Translations under genes and position numbers: made by a program
Part shown: positions 58,314-64,000 of the stretch, piece by piece
How the letters are laid out: every line of letters starts with the position of its first letter
Numbering within the stretch: the stretch's first letter is position 1
The notes under the pieces: model-generated
The model's input: only the letters and a program-made list of their open reading frames with translations
Databases searched by the model: none
Told to the model about the DNA's origin: nothing
Assembly: GCA_965112735.1 (NCBI GenBank)
Contig: OZ218953.1
Coordinates: 1,550,001 to 1,614,000, forward strand
Reading direction: 5' to 3'
Length of the DNA stretch: 64,000 nt
Source of the DNA: Phaeosaccion multiseriatum
Taxonomy: Eukaryota; Protista; Ochrophyta, other classes

Positions 58314-60557
58314 GGAGGCGAGGCGGTGTGCGAGGTGTGCGAAGGAAGGAAGGGGAGGGGAGGGGAGGGGAGGGAGGCACGCGATCGGTGTGTAGCGAAG
58401 GAGATGGGAGGGATGCTGCTGCGTTTTTTCTTGCTGCCCACTGAAACTCCCGTCTCCGCATCACTCTTAAGCCCCCATGCCCCCCCCCCCCCCCTCCCCC
58501 CTAACAGGAGAAGTTCAAGGGCATAAGCCTGGTGCTGTCCGTGCTCATGACGTCACTGTCGGGCGGTTACGTCAACTTCGGCGTGTTTGGTCTGTACAAC
58601 GACCCGGCCCTCGACAACGCGCTGCAGATCGCACTCAAACTGGCCCTCTCGCCTGAGGTCAGTACCGGGTGTCAGTGAGTCAGTCAGTCAGGCAGGCTAT
58701 GGGTGGGGAAATGGAAAGCACGAGGGAGTAAAATATGTAGAGTAGAGAATGGGGAGGGAGGGACTGCTCCTGCCAGGAGGTGCTGCTTCGTATCTCTAAA
58801 TTCTTGTTTCGCGTCTGCTCCCCCCCTCCCCTCTCTGTGTTGTGTGCTTGCGTGCCTGGTGTGCGCAGCTGTCGGAGGTGCTGGCCTTCCCGAAGCTGTG
58901 CAGGGCCTACTACGCCTTCTTCGAGATCCTGTTCCGCCTGCACCTGCCCGTGGTGCTCACGCTGGAGACGCCTGTCTTCATGCAAATCATGCAGAGCATG
59001 CACGATGGACTGCAGGTGAGAGACACACACACACACAGAGAGAGAGACAGACACACACAGAGAGAGAGACAAGACGGACAGACACACAGAGAGAGACAAA
59101 CGGACAGACACACACACACAGAGGGTGACAGACCGACACACACACTCAGAGAGAGAGACAGACACACACACACACAGAGAGAGAGACAGACACACACACA
59201 CACACACAGAGACAAGACGGACAGACACACAGAGAGAGACAAACGGACAGACACACACACAGAGGGTGACAGACCGACACACACACTCAGAGAGAGAGAC
59301 AGACACACACACACACACACACAGAGAGAGACAGACACACACACACACAGAGAGAGAGAGAGACAGACACACACACACACACACAGAGACAAGACGGACA
59401 GACACACACAGAGAGACAAACGGACAGACACACACACACAGAGGGTGACAGACCGACACACACACTCAGAGAGAGAGACAGACACACACACACAGAGAGA
59501 GAGACAGACACACACACACACACAGAGAGACAAGACGGACAGACACACACACACAGAGGGTGACAGACCGACACACACACTCAGAGAGAGAGAGAGAGCG
59601 AGTTGTGTCCTTGGGAAAGAAGTAGGGGCGGTTCCTGTACGGAGTTTTGCCCTTTTCTTTTAATGCCTTCTCACCCACGCGAGCAGAGAGTGAAGAGCGC
59701 CTCTCTTTCTGCTCCTCCTTGCGCTCCTGCTGGCCTTGCGCAACGTGCCAAACACCCAAACGCTCCGCAGCGGTGTATACACCCCCCCCTTTGCTTTGGA
59801 CCTTGAGACACTTACCTCCCCGCACCTCTCCCCTGCACGCCCGCCCACCCTGTTCCCTCTCTCCCTCCCCCTTTCTCTCTTACGTGGCGTGGCGGATTGT
59901 AATCATCCCTGAATCAACGCATCCACCCAACCCTATCATGGCCTACCTTCTGCCGCCTCGCAGCAGGGCTTCGACGCCCCGCTGGCGTCTCAATGCGCCT
60001 CCACCGTCGATCACCTCGCCACGTACCTCTTTACGCACGGCGCCAAGGATACACCGGCTGTTAGGGGCCTGAAGCACCACCTCGCGGCCAACCCCACGCT
60101 CCTGTCCTCGCTCATGGGCACCCTCTTCAATGTGCTTCTCTTCGAGGCGCACAGCAGCAACGCCGCCAATCAGTGGGCCGTCACACGCCCCATCCTGTCG
60201 CTACTCTTGGCGGATGAGAACGTGAGTGAGCAAAGCCACTGTATTGTGTGTGTGTGTGCGTGCGTGTGTATTGGGTTTTATGTGTGTGTGTGCGGTGTGA
60301 TGTGTCTGTGTCACTGATTGTTTCCCTTCTCGCCGCTCCTCTCTCTCTCTACCCCCTTGCCCCACTCAAAGTCCTTCAATCAGTACAAGGACCACCTCAT
60401 CGCCTCGCAGCCGCCGGAGCACCAAGCCCGCTTGACGGATGCCTTCACCAAGCTGCTGACCGATGTGCAAAGGAATCTCGAGTCCACCAATCGGGACGCA
60501 TTCACCACCCGCCTCACCATCTTCCGGACAGCCGTCAGGCAGTTCCTAACCACATAG
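50821..60557 (+). CDS. XPO7: Exportin-7 / RanBP16-family karyopherin, 20 exons
   Basis: [135 protein letters not shown]. All 19 introns are GT-AG and in phase. Confidence 0.96.
59016..59598. repeat. Compound higher-order minisatellite built from (CA)n/(GA)n blocks in XPO7 intron 18
   Basis: The anchor GAGGGTGACAGACCGACACACACACTCAGAGAGAG recurs at 59121, 59262, 59441 and 59556. Confidence 0.92.
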
Positions 60558-61462
60558 CGCAGCGCGAAGTGAGGCGGAGGGTAGCGGAGGGGTGAGCGGC
60601 AAGGGAGCCGAGCAGCAGCTTGATCTTAGTCTGGCCACGGCGCTATCCTCCCCGCCCCCCAGGAGCTTTGATGTGGGAAGCAAGGCAAGTGGAGCAAGCT
60701 TTGAGCATCAGCGGCTGTGGTGCGGCTGTTGACCAAGTGTGATTAGAAAAATGACACTGGTGCAGGGGCAGGAAGACGTGGGCAAACGGGTGTGGAAACA
60801 CTGTGAGGGCAAGATAAGAGAGAGGGAGAGAGAAAGGGGGGGAGGGAGGAGAGAGAGACTGCAACTACTCCACGCGCACTCACAACCTTTTCCGAGAGAA
60901 GATCTTTGGGAAAGACAACAAGACGAGCGTGAAGAGATGGGACCAGGAAGGAACTGTGTGGGGGAGTGGACGAAGGAGAAGGAGACGGAGTGGCGCGGCC
61001 CGGGCGTCGAGGTGAGAGAGGGCTGCCGTCATTGTGATTAATTGCCATTGGCTAAAGTTGAGTATCAGAGACTGAAGTGGCAGGGCGGATGAAGCGGTGC
61101 AGGCAGACACAAGGTATGGTTGGAGAGTGAGGAGGAACAGAAGGGAAATGACCACAAGACCGGCCGCAGACAGATGTGCAATACCACGCAGACAGGAGAT
61201 GAGACGAGAGATTCTGATTCTGCCTTTTGCGGTGCCGGAGCGGTGCCACAGCACACACAGATTATCTTAGATATAATACACATATTATCTCACACTATCA
61301 GCTCCACTGCAATAGCAGCGGCAGATCGAGCCAAAGACAACAACCCCCCAAAAAGCATGCTTAGCTACCAACACGATTGTCTCCCAACCCCATCTCCTTC
61401 TCATCCTCAATCAAGCCCTCGAACAGCGCAGCTACCAAAGGGCACTTAAGGCGCTGCCCGGG

Positions 61463-62669
61463 CTACCTGAGTCCCCTCGCTGCCCCTGAAGGTAGAGGGG
61501 GGGGGGAAGGCGGGTTGGTATCGACGATGCTCTGCACCGCGCCGGCCACTCTCAGCGCCGCCTTCTCCGAGAGGCCGAGGCGGAGGGAAAAGTCGGCGCT
61601 GGAAAGCGTGAGTACGGCCTTGCTCTCGCGTCCGCGGCGCCTGTCCGCCTCTGTGCCCACCGTCTGGATGGCTTCCAGGGCGAGCCCAGCCTTCTTCTTG
61701 CTGCCCCATGTCAGGCGCTGCTTGGCCGTGTCGAAGCGGAGCGGTCTGTGGGCCATCGCCCCGCTGCCCCCCCGGGCGTGGTACTTCATCACGTCGATGC
61801 CGTCCCTCCCGAGCATCTGCACGAGTTGGCGAATGCGCTCTACCCTAGTGGCTTCCTTCTTCCTGCCTTCCTCCTCCTCGCCCTCGTCGTCGGCGAGCTT
61901 GCCCACCACGACTCTCATCTCCTCCTCCTCGACAGTCTGGTCGGTTGAGCGGGAGGTCTGCTGCTCGGAGAAGTTTGGCTGTGGCTGTGGCTGGGACTGC
62001 GGCTGCGGCTGGGGCTGTGGGAGATCCTTCAGTGCGCGAGGCCCTTCGCAGAGCTCATCCGCTTCTACATGCGGAGGGAGCGTCAGAGCATCCGTCTGAA
62101 GAACAACACGTTGAGGTCGGGTTAGAGGGTTTCGCGCGCAACTCGGCCTCGGTGAGAGGCAGCGGGACAAAAAGCGCGTTCTTAGCTGGGCTCGGATCAT
62201 ATAGGGAGGATGTGTGAGAAAATCCAGGCTCCTGAGGGGGGCGTGGCAGAAGAACCCCGCAACCCCCCACAGATCAGACGGAGTAGAATGAGAAGGGGAG
62301 GTCTGTATGAGAGAGAGAGAGAGGTGAGAGAGAGAGAGAGAGAGAGAGAGATCTCACAGCTTCCCTCAGGCATACCTCGTCGAATCCCTCTGCCATGTCT
62401 GCTTTGGTCCTCTTTATGTCCAGCTCTGCATCGTTCACGCTGAAGCCTGTGTCCCCGCTCGGAGCCTCGGCAATGGACATGGTACGAGACTCCTTTTTCT
62501 CAATCCTCCCTTCTCCTGCGACTGCGACTGTGGCTGGCGCAGTCGCAGCTCCCCCCCCCCCCTCTACCTCCTCTGCCTTCCCCAAAGCACAGACGTAGCG
62601 CAGCAGGGTACCGAACCAGGAAAGCCGACAGCGACGACAAGAAGAAGTTCGGGTGAATTTCAGTTTCAT
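61463..62669 (-). CDS. Hypothetical protein with a possible PH-like domain; exons 62669-62375 and 62095-61463 (start and 3' end uncertain)
   Basis: Phase-0 junction FDE|TDAL. The segment LVQMLGRDGIDVMKYHARGG..RPLRFDTAKQRLTWGSKKK..LALEAIQTV resembles the N-terminal strands of PLC/Mcp5-type PH domains. Confidence 0.55.
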
Positions 62670-62714
62670 GGCCGGGTGTAACGTCGCATTCCCCCTACTT
62701 AGAGAGAGGGCTAG

Positions 62715-63994
62715 ATGGATAAGACGGAAGCGTGGCTCGTCATTGTGGGAATCTTTCTAACGCTGGTTTTGTGTAGCGTGCTGCGGGTGAGGCCTCGGCG
62801 GGCGAGGATGTACACGCCTGCAGAGATCGACGAACTCCGCATCAGAAGGGAAGCTGAGCGAGAAGTAAGGTGTACGGTGGGGTTGTTCGTGGACAAAGAT
62901 CCGCGCTTTCCTCCTCACCCTCATCCGCCCCACGTTCTTCTCCCACCGCTTCTGTATGCCACCCAGGCCATCATTGACGAGCGCATCGCCAAGCTGCAAA
63001 GCAGGAAGCGTCTCCACGCTCACAACCGCTTCCTCCTGTCGGCGAGGAAGGATACATCGCTGCTATTGGAGGCCGGAGAAGACGAGTGGGACGCACGAGG
63101 GCGGCAGCTTGTGAGTAGTAGAGTGACGGCCCTCCAGGTGACTGCTTCTGCTGTCCTTCTCCCGTCCTTCCTAACTTGTCTCTCCCCCTCTACCCCTTTG
63201 TTGGACGTACATCAATGCCTTTTGGGTTCCTCCCTCGCCCCACCCTCTCTCGCCGCCGCCCAGTATGGAAACGTGTGGGACGAGGCCGAAGACGGCAACG
63301 TGCCCCTGAAGGAAATCTTCCAGCTGCCAGAGGATGAGCTCCGCTACATTCAAATAGAAGCCGCCAATCGCATCCACCTGGAGACCGAAAGGCGGCGCAA
63401 GCAGGAGCTCTTGGAGAGGGAAGAAGACGAGGACGACGAAAGCAGAGCGCTTCTACACCCGTCGTCTGCGGTCTTGGTACAAGCCCCTGGCCTGTCCCAT
63501 CCGAAGCCCCCCCCCCTTCCCCGGCCGCCCTCTCTGGCTCTTGGGGCGCCAGGCTCAGGCTCAGCGCTTCCGCCTGGACCGCTGGGGACGGCGAGGGCGG
63601 ATCGGGAGGGACGTAGCAAGCCAGCCATCGACGCTCCATTCGACGACCCACGCTTCGTACGGGCCAGGGGGAAGAAGGTGGGAAGCGTTTACGCGGGCTG
63701 GTCTGGTATTTGGGAGACCGTCGGCTTGACACAATCGGTGCTTTGCGTTTTATTCCTTCCGCGTAGGAGACAAGGTTGGAGAGGAGGAGGAGGACCGTCC
63801 TCCTGGCCGCAGGCGACGCTCCCTCCGATCCCCGCTTCTATTCTCAGCTGCCGCAGCAGCAGCGGCCTACCGACAGAGGGACGGGGGCGGGGGGCGACGG
63901 AGCAGAAGCCCACCTGCCGACAGGCGATGAGGGTGTGAACAGTGACCACAGGGGGACGGAGGGAAGCTCCTCAGACGGGGAGTACTGGGTCTGA
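62715..63994 (+). CDS. Hypothetical protein with an N-terminal TM anchor and charged/coiled-coil segments; 4 exons
   Basis: MDKTEAWLVIVGIFLTLVLCSVL followed by basic residues. Plausible phase-0 GT-AG junctions ERE|AII, RQL|YGN and GKK|ETR; stop at 63992-63994. Confidence 0.6.
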
Positions 63995-64000
63995 GCGTCT

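Noticed and set aside
58680-59663. Cys/Val-rich and THTHRER ORFs; possible CRISPR-like array
   Set aside because: These are translations of an intronic CA/GA minisatellite. There are no unique spacers or cas genes, and the context is eukaryotic.
1-64000. tRNA, rRNA, snoRNA, non-canonical introns, endogenous viral genes
   Set aside because: None recognised by eye, and every junction I reconstructed was GT-AG. An Infernal/tRNAscan search would be needed to exclude small RNAs.

Overview
Gene-dense, GC-rich eukaryotic nuclear DNA with GT-AG introns full of microsatellites. It is not prokaryotic, and most ORF-track entries are shadow or repeat ORFs. Bipartite signal-plus-'SAF/TSF' leaders on two genes suggest an alga with a complex red plastid (ochrophyte-like; inference). 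Hand-splicing gives about 17 genes: seipin (5'-partial), EMC7, TRM61, a secreted Q/G-rich protein, an intronless PKA-like kinase, PRORP (protein-only RNase P), an unknown acidic ORF, PPR-SMR #1, a P-class PPR protein, a DUF1499 protein, organellar MAP1, an intronless PPR-SMR #2, a tandem UPF0547-like zinc-ribbon protein, Fe-type SOD, exportin-7 (20 exons), a PH-like protein and an unknown single-TM protein. The most notable feature is a ~27 kb block (15.4-42.4 kb) holding four PPR-family genes plus MAP1 and DUF1499, all probably organelle-targeted. Two adjacent PPR genes in it have opposite (U-reading vs A/G-reading) codes. Other features are a 500-bp TA-flanked MITE in a GGCCTA array, six head-to-head gene pairs, and microsatellites built from splice signals. 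No rRNA, tRNA or CRISPR feature was recognised.
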